DNA of 40,979 nt, taken from NCBI GenBank assembly GCA_039683525.1, contig JBDKRF010000323.1, forward strand, positions 1-40,979. Reading direction: 5' to 3'. Below the pieces are notes generated by a model. The model made no database searches. It was given only the letters and a program-made list of their open reading frames with translations, and was not told the origin of the DNA. Every line of letters starts with the position of its first letter. Position 1 is the stretch's first letter. This document shows, piece by piece, positions 25,381 to 33,030 of this stretch. The stretch comes from Clostridiaceae bacterium. GTDB taxonomy: Bacteria > Bacillota > Clostridia > Christensenellales > CAG-138. The translations under genes and the position numbers were made by a program.

Positions 25381-26472
25381 TTATTTTGTTTCTTCCAGCA
25401 GATAGTCGAGCAAGACCAGCGCCGTGACCGCCTCGATCACCGGCACCGCGCGAAGCGCAACGCAGGGATCATGCCGTCCGTGTACGATCAACTCCGCGTT
25501 CTCCCGCTTGGAGAGGCTGACGGTCTGCTGGATCTTCGCAATCGACGGCGTGGGCTTGATGCCAACGCGCAGCACGATGGGTTGCCCTGTCGTGATTCCG
25601 CCGAGGATTCCGCCCGCGTGGTTGGTGGTCGTCTTGATTTCGCCGTCGTCGTCGATGCGGAATGGATCGTTGTTCTCGCTGCCGCGCATGGCGGAGGCCG
25701 CAAACCCAGCGCCGAATTCCAACCCCTTGACGGCGGGGATGCCGAACAGCGCCGAAGCGAGCCGATTCTCCATACCGTCAAACATCGGGTTGCCAAGTCC
25801 TGCCGGAAAACCGACCGCTGCGCACTCGATCACGCCGCCGACGGAGTCTCCGTCTTTCGAGGCGCGCAGGATCGCCTCCTGCATATCGCAGCCGTTTGCA
25901 TCGCGCAACACAGGAAAGTCCTTTCGCGCGATCTCGTCAAAAATTGTCTGCGTGGGAAGCAGTGGAAACGCTTCGTCCGATATCCCTGCAACCGAGAAGA
26001 GATGCGCGCCGACGAAGATGTTTTTTCGCGCGAGAATCTGCTTGGCGATGCCGCCCGCGATGCACAAGGGAGCGGTCAGCCTGCCGGAAAAATGTCCGCC
26101 GCCGCGCATATCCGCCTCGCCCGCCCACTTGAGATAGGCGGTGTAGTCCGCGTGTCCCGGGCGGGGCTTGTCCATGAGCTCCGCATAGTCGCGGGAGCGC
26201 GCGTCGTGATTTTCTATGATGGCGCAAAGCGGGCTTCCCGTGGTCTTACCGTCCAGCAAACCGGAGAGAAATATCGGTCGGTCGGGCTCATTTCGCGCGG
26301 TAGACAGCGCGCTCTTGCCCGGGCGGCGGCGCTCTAGGAACGCCTCCAGCATATGCAGGTCGATGGCTTCTCCCGCGGGCAGATTCTGCATGGTGACCCC
26401 GATGGCGCGCCCGTGCGACTCGCCAAAGACGCCGATACGAAGGGTGTTTCCGAATTCAGACGACATGCGCAT
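25381..26472 (-). CDS. aroC: Chorismate synthase
   Basis: Motifs FGESHG, RRRPGKSALST, RPGHADY and GGHFSGR. The start overlaps the aroA stop. Confidence 0.9.
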   Translation of the reverse strand: MRMSSEFGNTLRIGVFGESHGRAIGVTMQNLPAGEAIDLHMLEAFLERRRPGKSALSTARNEPDRPIFLSGLLDGKTTGSPLCAIIENHDARSRDYAELMDKPRPGHADYTAYLKWAGEADMRGGGHFSGRLTAPLCIAGGIAKQILARKNIFVGAHLFSVAGISDEAFPLLPTQTIFDEIARKDFPVLRDANGCDMQEAILRASKDGDSVGGVIECAAVGFPAGLGNPMFDGMENRLASALFGIPAVKGLEFGAGFAASAMRGSENNDPFRIDDDGEIKTTTNHAGGILGGITTGQPIVLRVGIKPTPSIAKIQQTVSLSKRENAELIVHGRHDPCVALRAVPVIEAVTALVLLDYLLEETK

Positions 26473-27709
26473 GTCCTCCCAAATGATTGAAGTCTGTGTA
26501 AAACGCGGGGTACGACTTCTTCACCGCGTCCGCGCCGAGGATTGTCACGTCCTGCGCGCAGCGTATCGATGCGATGGCGGCGGACATTGCGATTCTGTGA
26601 TCGCGAACACTATCCACCGTGCCGCCACGCAGTTCCCCGCCTGTAATCACGAGCGCGTCCGGCAGCTCTTCTACCTTACCGCCCAGTGCGCGAAGCATCG
26701 CGGAGACGGAGGCGAGCCGGTCGCTCTCCTTGAGCCTGAGCCGCGCCGCGTTGACGAGCCGCGTTTCGCCGGATGCAGAAGCACCGAGTACGGCGAGGAT
26801 CGGCAGCAGATCCGGCGTTTCACCAACGTCGATCGTGCAACCCGCGAGCTTTTCGGGTGACACCGTCACCGCGTCGTTTGTTGCTTCAACACGTGCGCCG
26901 AATCTGCGCAGCGCGTTCAGAATCGCTTTGTCGCCCTGCGGTGAATCGAGGCTGAGTCCTGTCACGGTGACGGGTTCCCCCAGCGCACCCGCCGCGAGGA
27001 AAAACGCGGCGTTGGACCAGTCTCCGTCCACGCGGAGTTCCCCGGGGGATTGGATCGTTTGCTCGCCGGGTATCGAATAACGCACGTCAGCTGCGTTCAC
27101 CTGCACGCCGAATCGCCTGAGTGCATGCAACGTGATATCCACATACGCCGCGGATTCCAGACGCGTGGTGAGCGAGATTGTGCTGTCCTCCTTGGTCAGC
27201 GGCAACGCAAGGAGTAATCCCGTGAGATATTGCGAGCTAACGTTGCCCGGCAGAGAGAAATCCCCGCCCGTGAGCCGACCTGTTGTGGTAAACGGTAATT
27301 GTCCGGCAGAAAACGCGACGCCGTGTGACTGCATCACGTGCATGAGTTCGCCGATGGGACGCTCCGGCAGCCTGCCTGTTCCCGTAAAGCGCACGCATTC
27401 ACACAACGCGCAGGCGACGGGAAGTAGAAACCGGAAGGTCGAGCCGCTCTCGCCGCAATCCAGCAGCGGGTTTTCGTTTACCCGCTCAATGCCGCGCACG
27501 AGCACGCCATTCGGCAAAATTTCAATCACAGCACCCAGCGCGCGCAGGCAGCCGATCGTGGCGTCGATGTCCTCCGAGCGTTGCTCCATCTTGAGGCGCG
27601 TTTCGCCGCGGCTCAGCGCCGCAAGGATGAGCAGGCGGTGCGCGTCGGACTTGGACGCGATGGCGCAGATCGTTCCGCCGAGTTGCGCGGGAGAAATTCT
27701 CGCGATCAT
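26456..27709 (-). CDS. aroA: 3-phosphoshikimate 1-carboxyvinyltransferase (EPSP synthase)
   Basis: Motifs SKSDAHRLLILAAL, LDCGESGSTFRFL, SSQYLTGLLLALP and DHRIAMS. I prefer the ATG at 27709, which forms an ATGA overlap with the aroB stop. The 440-aa track start would overlap aroB by 73 nt. Confidence 0.9.
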   Translation of the reverse strand: MIARISPAQLGGTICAIASKSDAHRLLILAALSRGETRLKMEQRSEDIDATIGCLRALGAVIEILPNGVLVRGIERVNENPLLDCGESGSTFRFLLPVACALCECVRFTGTGRLPERPIGELMHVMQSHGVAFSAGQLPFTTTGRLTGGDFSLPGNVSSQYLTGLLLALPLTKEDSTISLTTRLESAAYVDITLHALRRFGVQVNAADVRYSIPGEQTIQSPGELRVDGDWSNAAFFLAAGALGEPVTVTGLSLDSPQGDKAILNALRRFGARVEATNDAVTVSPEKLAGCTIDVGETPDLLPILAVLGASASGETRLVNAARLRLKESDRLASVSAMLRALGGKVEELPDALVITGGELRGGTVDSVRDHRIAMSAAIASIRCAQDVTILGADAVKKSYPAFYTDFNHLGGHAHVV

Positions 27710-28776
27710 GCGCGCTCCTCCAGCCCCGCGCGGAACACCTCTAACAGTTGCTCTACAGGCAGATCGACCAGCGCGCAATCGCCGATTTTTTTCGGCACGA
27801 CGAGCGTGATCGTTCCTCCCGCGCGTTTTTTATCCGAGAGCGCGGCCTGCGCCAGCGCTTCGGGTGAAAATGTGGTTGTCACGGGCAGTCCGTTTCGCGC
27901 GAGCGCGGCTTCAATTCTCCGCGCGATCGGCTCTGTTGCCCAGCCGAGCTTTTCCGCCGCGCGCGCAATGATCGCAAGGCCGCTAGCCACCGCATGCCCG
28001 TGCGGAATCGTATAATCACTGCAGCGCTCGATCGCGTGGCCCGCCGTGTGGCCGAGGTTGAGCGTCTTGCGAATGCCAGTCTCGGTCTCGTCCGCCTCTA
28101 CGATCCGTGCCTTGAACGCGACGCACTGCGCCACGATCTCTTCGAGATTCGCACATACATCGCCGGATTCAAAGAGAGAGAACAGAGTTTCATCGTCGAG
28201 AATGCCGGTCTTGATCGCCTCCGCCGCGCCGTTTGCAAACTCATCCGGCGAGAGCGTGGTAAAAGTATCTGTGTCGCACAGCACCAGCGACGGCTGATGG
28301 AACAGCCCCGCGAGATTTTTACCCGCTGCGAGGTCGACCGCGGTCTTTCCGCCGACGGAGGAATCCACCGCCGCAAGCAACGTAGTTGGAATCTGCACAT
28401 AGCGTACCCCGCGCAGGTAGCACCCCGCCGCAAAGCCTGCCATGTCTCCCGTGACCCCGCCGCCAAGCGCAACCACGCAATCCTTGCGTGTCAGGTGCTG
28501 CTCTGCGAAAAATTCCAACATGCCCGCGAGGGTATCCAGGCGCTTGTGCGCTTCTCCCGCGGGAAATACAGTGGAACACGCGTCAAATTCAGCCTCCTTT
28601 AGGCTGCCCAGCAGGTTCGGCAGGTAGAGCGTTGCAACATTGCTGTCGGTGACGACCGCGAGGCGGCAGTCCCCCAGTACGGCGCGGATCAACCGCCCGC
28701 TTTCGCGGAGTAAACCCGCACCAATGATGACATCGTACCCTTCCCGCACGCGAACGGGGATGACGCGCTGATCCAT
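27706..28776 (-). CDS. aroB: 3-dehydroquinate synthase
   Basis: Motifs LGGGVTGDMAGFAA, PTTLLAAVDSSVGGKT and LNLGHTAGHAIE. Confidence 0.9.
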   Translation of the reverse strand: MDQRVIPVRVREGYDVIIGAGLLRESGRLIRAVLGDCRLAVVTDSNVATLYLPNLLGSLKEAEFDACSTVFPAGEAHKRLDTLAGMLEFFAEQHLTRKDCVVALGGGVTGDMAGFAAGCYLRGVRYVQIPTTLLAAVDSSVGGKTAVDLAAGKNLAGLFHQPSLVLCDTDTFTTLSPDEFANGAAEAIKTGILDDETLFSLFESGDVCANLEEIVAQCVAFKARIVEADETETGIRKTLNLGHTAGHAIERCSDYTIPHGHAVASGLAIIARAAEKLGWATEPIARRIEAALARNGLPVTTTFSPEALAQAALSDKKRAGGTITLVVPKKIGDCALVDLPVEQLLEVFRAGLEERA

Positions 28777-28779
28777 GTC

Positions 28780-29616
28780 TTAGTTTCCTCCCGCCGTGGC
28801 CTTTTTCTCGCGCCCGTCTTTGAGGAGCGCCTGTAACTTCTCCGCGTCATGCGTCGAAAGCGCCTCGCGGTATTCGTTGAGATGATCGATCAAGATTTCG
28901 AGCTGTTCGGTGAGATAGTCCGCGTCGTCAAGGAAGAGTTCCGTCCACATCGCCTCGTCGAGGTGCGCCACCCGCGTCATATCCCGAAAGCTGCCCGCGG
29001 AAAACCCACGTCTTATTTGCGCCTCAGGAGACTTAATGTATGCACTCGAGACCAGGTGCGCAAGCTGAGAGGTGTACGCGATGATGCGGTCGTGCTCCTC
29101 CGGCGTGGAGAAGGTTAAGCCCGCAAACCCGATATCGGTGAAGAACGACTTGAGCGTCTCCAGCATGCGCATATCGGTGTTCTGGTCAGGCGTCAGGATC
29201 ATGGAAGCGCCGGTGAATAGCTCCTCGCTGGAGTGCACAAATCCACCGCGCTCCCGCCCCGCCATCGGATGACCACCGATGTAGGCAAAGCCCGCTTCTT
29301 TCGCAATCGGCGCAAGCTTTTCGCAAACATTGCGCTTCACGCCGCAAAGGTCGACGAGGATCGCGGTTTTGCGGATCAGGTGCGCGTTTTCGCTGACCCA
29401 GCGAACGGCAGCCGCCGGGCGGATCGCGACGAGTACGAGATCGCACTGCGGCAGATTTTCCGGCGTGAGCATACCATCGATGGCACCGCTGAGGCGCGAG
29501 AGCGTCATGGTCTCCGCGTCGAGATCGACGCCCCAGACCGTGTGCGCCGTTCGCACTTTGATGCTCTTTGCCATCGAGCCGCCGATGAGGCCGAGGCCGA
29601 CGATGCCGACGTTCAC
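28780..29616 (-). CDS. tyrA: Prephenate dehydrogenase
   Basis: Rossmann N-terminus VGIVGLGLIGGS. Also GGHPMAG and a TyrA-type C-terminal helical domain. A 4-nt overlap with the aroF stop suggests translational coupling. Confidence 0.85.
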   Translation of the reverse strand: MNVGIVGLGLIGGSMAKSIKVRTAHTVWGVDLDAETMTLSRLSGAIDGMLTPENLPQCDLVLVAIRPAAAVRWVSENAHLIRKTAILVDLCGVKRNVCEKLAPIAKEAGFAYIGGHPMAGRERGGFVHSSEELFTGASMILTPDQNTDMRMLETLKSFFTDIGFAGLTFSTPEEHDRIIAYTSQLAHLVSSAYIKSPEAQIRRGFSAGSFRDMTRVAHLDEAMWTELFLDDADYLTEQLEILIDHLNEYREALSTHDAEKLQALLKDGREKKATAGGN

Positions 29617-30632
29617 GCTTTTCCCTCCCCGCTCGTCATAAACGCGTATAGCGCGAGAATTCTGTGGTTGAGCTTGTCAAACGCTTCGGGGTTCAGGGAC
29701 TGCGGGCCGTCGCTCAGCGCATGCGCAGGATCGTTGTGCACCTCGATGAGAAGCCCGTCGCAACCTGTTGCCACGGCGCCCATCGCAAGGGGGGCGACCA
29801 GCGCGTTTTTCCCCGTCGCGTGGCTGGGATCGATGATGACCGGCAGGTGCGTCAGGTGCCGCAGAACCGGGATCGCGGCGAGATCCAGCGTGTTTCTCGT
29901 GTAGGTTTCAAAGGTGCGGATGCCGCGCTCGCAGAGAATGACCTGCTCGTTTCCGCTCGCCATAACGTACTCCGCGCTCATGAGCCATTCCTCATAGGTG
30001 GAATAAAGACCGCGCTTGATCATGACGGGTTTGGGCTGCTTGCCGAGGATTTTGAGCAGGTTGAAGTTCTGCATGTTGCGCGCGCCAACCTGAATTACAT
30101 CCACGTCGTCAAACAACGCCAGCTGGGAGGCATCCATGATCTCACTGACGATGGGCAGCCCCGTCTCCGCGCGGGCGAGCTTCATGAGCTCCAACCCCTC
30201 CGCACCCATGCCCTGAAAGGCATAGGGTGAGGTGCGCGGCTTGAATGCGCCGCCGCGGAGCATGGTAGCTCCACTGGCCTTGACGGCCTTTGCGACGGTG
30301 ATGATCTGATCTTCGCTCTCCACCGAGCAGGGACCCGCCATGATGGTCAGCGTGCCGCCGCCGATTTGGGTATTACCGACTGGAATCACGGTGTCCGCCG
30401 GGTGAAACTTTCTGTTCGCGTTCTTATACGGCTCCTGCACGCGCTTGACGTCTTCTACGATATCAAGAGCGCTGATGAGGTCGATATCCAGCGTGGACGT
30501 GTCTCCGACAAGGCCGAGAATCATCTGGCTCGTGCCGAGGCTGGTGTGAATTTGAATTCCCTTGCCGAGCAGCCAGTTTTTCAGGCTCTCGAGTTGATCC
30601 GGATTCGGGTTTGGTTTGAGTACGACGATCAT
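29613..30632 (-). CDS. aroF: 3-deoxy-7-phosphoheptulonate (DAHP) synthase, type I-beta with an N-terminal ferredoxin-like regulatory domain
   Basis: The N-terminal roughly 70 aa are an MIVVLKP... regulatory domain. The catalytic part includes GPCSVES, LRGGAFKPRTSPY, KRG and DPSH. RBS GGAGGGAG. Confidence 0.85.
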   Translation of the reverse strand: MIVVLKPNPNPDQLESLKNWLLGKGIQIHTSLGTSQMILGLVGDTSTLDIDLISALDIVEDVKRVQEPYKNANRKFHPADTVIPVGNTQIGGGTLTIMAGPCSVESEDQIITVAKAVKASGATMLRGGAFKPRTSPYAFQGMGAEGLELMKLARAETGLPIVSEIMDASQLALFDDVDVIQVGARNMQNFNLLKILGKQPKPVMIKRGLYSTYEEWLMSAEYVMASGNEQVILCERGIRTFETYTRNTLDLAAIPVLRHLTHLPVIIDPSHATGKNALVAPLAMGAVATGCDGLLIEVHNDPAHALSDGPQSLNPEAFDKLNHRILALYAFMTSGEGKA

Positions 30633-30653
30633 AATATTCTCCCTCCGCCAGTT

Positions 30654-30681
30654 AAAAAAACCGCAGCCTGTTTGGCTGCGG
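30654..30681 (-). terminator. Intrinsic terminator inside the aro leader (attenuator)
   Basis: On the minus strand, CCGCAGCC-AAACA-GGCTGCGG (8-bp stem) is followed by TTTTTTT. It ends 22 nt upstream of the aroF ATG. Confidence 0.75.
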
Positions 30682-30715
30682 TGCGATGCGATCGTATGCG
30701 GTGTTTGTTACCCGA

Positions 30716-30853
30716 TCACTTATGCTGCGCCAAACCGAACGAAGCCTTACCGAAGTAATAGCCGGTAAAGCTAAAGTAGCGGTATTCTGCTGCGCAATTG
30801 ATACGGGTCATATAGCGCTCTTTCTGCTCGGCTTGCGCCGGTATTGCGGTCAT
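30716..30853 (-). promoter_or_regulatory. Candidate aromatic-rich leader peptide ORF of the aro operon
   Basis: My codon-by-codon translation gives MTAIPAQAEQKERYMTRINCAAEYRYFSFTGYYFGKASFGLAQHK-stop. Seven of the 11 codons 24-34 are Tyr or Phe. The TGA stop lies 34 nt upstream of the terminator stem. AGGGA lies just before the first ATG, and a second ATG is at 30811. Confidence 0.4.
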
Positions 30854-30956
30854 TTTCCCTTGCGGGGTCCGCCGCGATTGTTGTTAATTTAACATGTTCA
30901 ATCGTAAAAAGCAATAGTATTTGCAAAAAATATATATTATATATCTTCTTGGTCGC

Positions 30957-30983
30957 AAAAAACCGCCCTGTCTTGCAGAGCGG
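30957..30983 (-). terminator. Rho-independent terminator after the 620-aa membrane protein gene
   Basis: On the minus strand, CCGCTCTG-CAAGA-CAGGGCGG (one mismatch) is followed by TTTTTT. It starts 15 nt after the stop at 30998. Confidence 0.55.
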
Positions 30984-30997
30984 CTTTGTGTTCACGT

Positions 30998-32860
30998 TCA
31001 TCCCTTTGGAATGACGGCTTCAGGGAAGGTCTCAGCGACGTTATAAACGCCGGGATCGCCGGGCAGATTCGCGTGCTTGCGCATGTAGACGCGGATTTCC
31101 GGTGTCGCCTCAAATATCACAAACTTGTCGTAGGTCTGAATCTGGTTGATGAACGTATCATCCGCAAAATCGCTCACCGCATCCACCTGGGATGCAAACA
31201 GGAAATAGCGCCCGACATACGGCAACTCGTAGCTGGTTACCTCGTTCTCTTTGTCCGAGGAATAAAACAGATATCGCGTGTCGTTGTCCGGTGCGGCCCA
31301 TTGATCCCCCGTGATGGCGGAGACCCGCGCGGGCAGCGACTTCGGATAATCACCCTTGATGCTGTTCATGCCGTTGAGTTCGGAGAGCAGGATCAACCCG
31401 GCGGCGAGAGAGAATAACACCGTCGCAGCCTGATAGATGTTCTTGCTCGTCAGGCTGTGGAACGCGCGGTAATCCCTGTGTTCCCCCTGCTGAAAATAGA
31501 AGGAATTTTCCACATCCATCGTCAGGCGCATCGAGACCGCGCCGATGAGAAACAGGATCATGCTCGAAGCATACCGATCAAATCCGGCAAGGCGCAGCGC
31601 CTCGTCCGGCGGCATAGAGAAGATGTACATCGCGAGGATGCCGCCATAATAGAGCACAACCGCAAGATCGAGTACCAGCAACGTTTTTAACAGCTTCCAG
31701 TTCTTATGGAACACGAAACGCGCCACCAGATACGTCGCCAGCGCAACGCCGTTGAACGCCACAAATCCCAGCGTTGGCAACTGAGAGAGCGATGTCGCAC
31801 TCACGAGGAAAAGCTGCACGATCTGCTGAATCTGCGCGGAGGTCTTGTCGAGGGTAAACGAGGAGAGCGTCTGAAAATCGTAGCTGAATTTCCCCGCATC
31901 CGAAGGAAACGCAAGCGATGTATGCACATTCCACGCGATCAGCGGCACCAAAGAAAGGCCGATGATGCCCAGCGCGCCCCAGAAGAACGGGCGAAGCTTC
32001 GGGTCCGCATTTTGAAACTGAACCGAACGGTAGAGTAAGAACACATACCCAAGCAGAGCAAAGAAGATGCCCGTGTTTTTCACGATGGTCAAAAGCGCGA
32101 GGACAGGCAGAACTGCAAGACACGCGGTGGAGAATCGCTTTCGCTCACTCAGCAGGATGCCGACGCTTGCAAGAGCAAGCGCGGGCAAAAGAAAATCGAC
32201 CAAAAGGTTGTTGATGCGAATGCTGATGTTAAAGAACGCCATGGTGGAGCAGCCGAGCCCCAGCAGAGCCGCCAGCAGGAAGCGCTTCTGATCGCGAATT
32301 GCGCCGAATACGGCGTAAAAGCTCGCGAAGAGCAGAATCCCCTGTCCCACCAGCATCGCGCCCTCGCTGTTGCCGACGATGCGCGAAATATAGTACAGGA
32401 ACGACGAACTGCCGAGCGGGTAGCTCTTAAAATCGATGATTGCGCTCGCGGCATCCGGAATCCGGTCGGTGACGAGCATGTACTTCACCACGACCGCCCA
32501 ATGGGAGAAGTTATCGTAATGGATGAATTTTGTCGTCAGGAGCGATGCCATGATGACGCCGCAGGCCAGCACAAACGCGAGATTGATCGCGCTCAGCGAC
32601 GTGGTGTTGTAAGCAAGCTTGATCTTCTTGTTCACGATGAGCGCGATGAGCAGCACGATTCCGCCGCCAAAGAGCGCATACGCCGCATAGGAGAGCACGC
32701 CTGCAAGCCCGGCAAAATAGATCACGAGCGCCTGCGCAGAGAAGACGAAAATATAGCTCGCGCGAGATGTGATCTTCCAGTAAGCCCTTGCTACAGCGAC
32801 ATATCCCATCGCGGAGAGCAGGAACGCAATCAGCCGTAATACGGTAAACACCATCGCCAT
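30998..32860 (-). CDS. Polytopic (about 12-14 TM) membrane protein with a C-terminal soluble domain; function unknown, possibly a GT-C-like or polysaccharide-handling partner of the adjacent synthase
   Basis: The first roughly 470 aa are almost continuously hydrophobic helices. The roughly 140-aa C-terminal domain is hydrophilic. It lies immediately downstream of the GT2-PilZ gene on the same strand. I recognised no catalytic motif. Confidence 0.45.
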   Translation of the reverse strand: MAMVFTVLRLIAFLLSAMGYVAVARAYWKITSRASYIFVFSAQALVIYFAGLAGVLSYAAYALFGGGIVLLIALIVNKKIKLAYNTTSLSAINLAFVLACGVIMASLLTTKFIHYDNFSHWAVVVKYMLVTDRIPDAASAIIDFKSYPLGSSSFLYYISRIVGNSEGAMLVGQGILLFASFYAVFGAIRDQKRFLLAALLGLGCSTMAFFNISIRINNLLVDFLLPALALASVGILLSERKRFSTACLAVLPVLALLTIVKNTGIFFALLGYVFLLYRSVQFQNADPKLRPFFWGALGIIGLSLVPLIAWNVHTSLAFPSDAGKFSYDFQTLSSFTLDKTSAQIQQIVQLFLVSATSLSQLPTLGFVAFNGVALATYLVARFVFHKNWKLLKTLLVLDLAVVLYYGGILAMYIFSMPPDEALRLAGFDRYASSMILFLIGAVSMRLTMDVENSFYFQQGEHRDYRAFHSLTSKNIYQAATVLFSLAAGLILLSELNGMNSIKGDYPKSLPARVSAITGDQWAAPDNDTRYLFYSSDKENEVTSYELPYVGRYFLFASQVDAVSDFADDTFINQIQTYDKFVIFEATPEIRVYMRKHANLPGDPGVYNVAETFPEAVIPKG

Positions 32861-33030
32861 TCGGTCAACAACTCCTCTATCCTGTTATCCTCATCCAAGG
32901 TACTGAGTTCCTGAATGGTTGCTTTTCATTTTAACACAGACGTTCGCACTTTGCGAAATCGGCGTTAGAGATGCACCATCCTCCGCAGGATAAATCCGGC
33001 GGAGGACGATGGTTGAGTATGTTTTATGCG

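Noticed and set aside
25471-26337. Long plus-strand ORFs antisense to the aro, GT2 and HD-GYP genes. Examples are 23390-24013, 24669-25427, 25424-26137, 25471-26337, 26216-26860, 27132-27809, 29233-29904, 33529-34260 and, on the minus strand, 36312-37028.
   Set aside because: They lie opposite genes with unmistakable enzyme motifs. Their translations are Arg/Ala/Gly/Pro-rich low-complexity sequence, typical of antisense frames in about 60% GC DNA. They have no RBS.
27710-27778. A 23-aa N-terminal extension of aroA in the track (440 aa).
   Set aside because: It would overlap the aroB coding end. The ATG at 27709 gives an ATGA stop/start junction and a normal EPSP synthase N-terminus.
30633-30900. 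A T-box riboswitch upstream of aroF.
   Set aside because: I could not find the conserved T-box sequence (AANNNGGGUGGNACCGCG-like) or the AGAGA / distal-loop Stem I motifs on the minus strand. The terminator has no canonical T-box antiterminator bulge. The UAC/UUC triplets are better explained by the aromatic-rich leader ORF. This needs a covariance-model scan (Rfam RF00230) to be certain.
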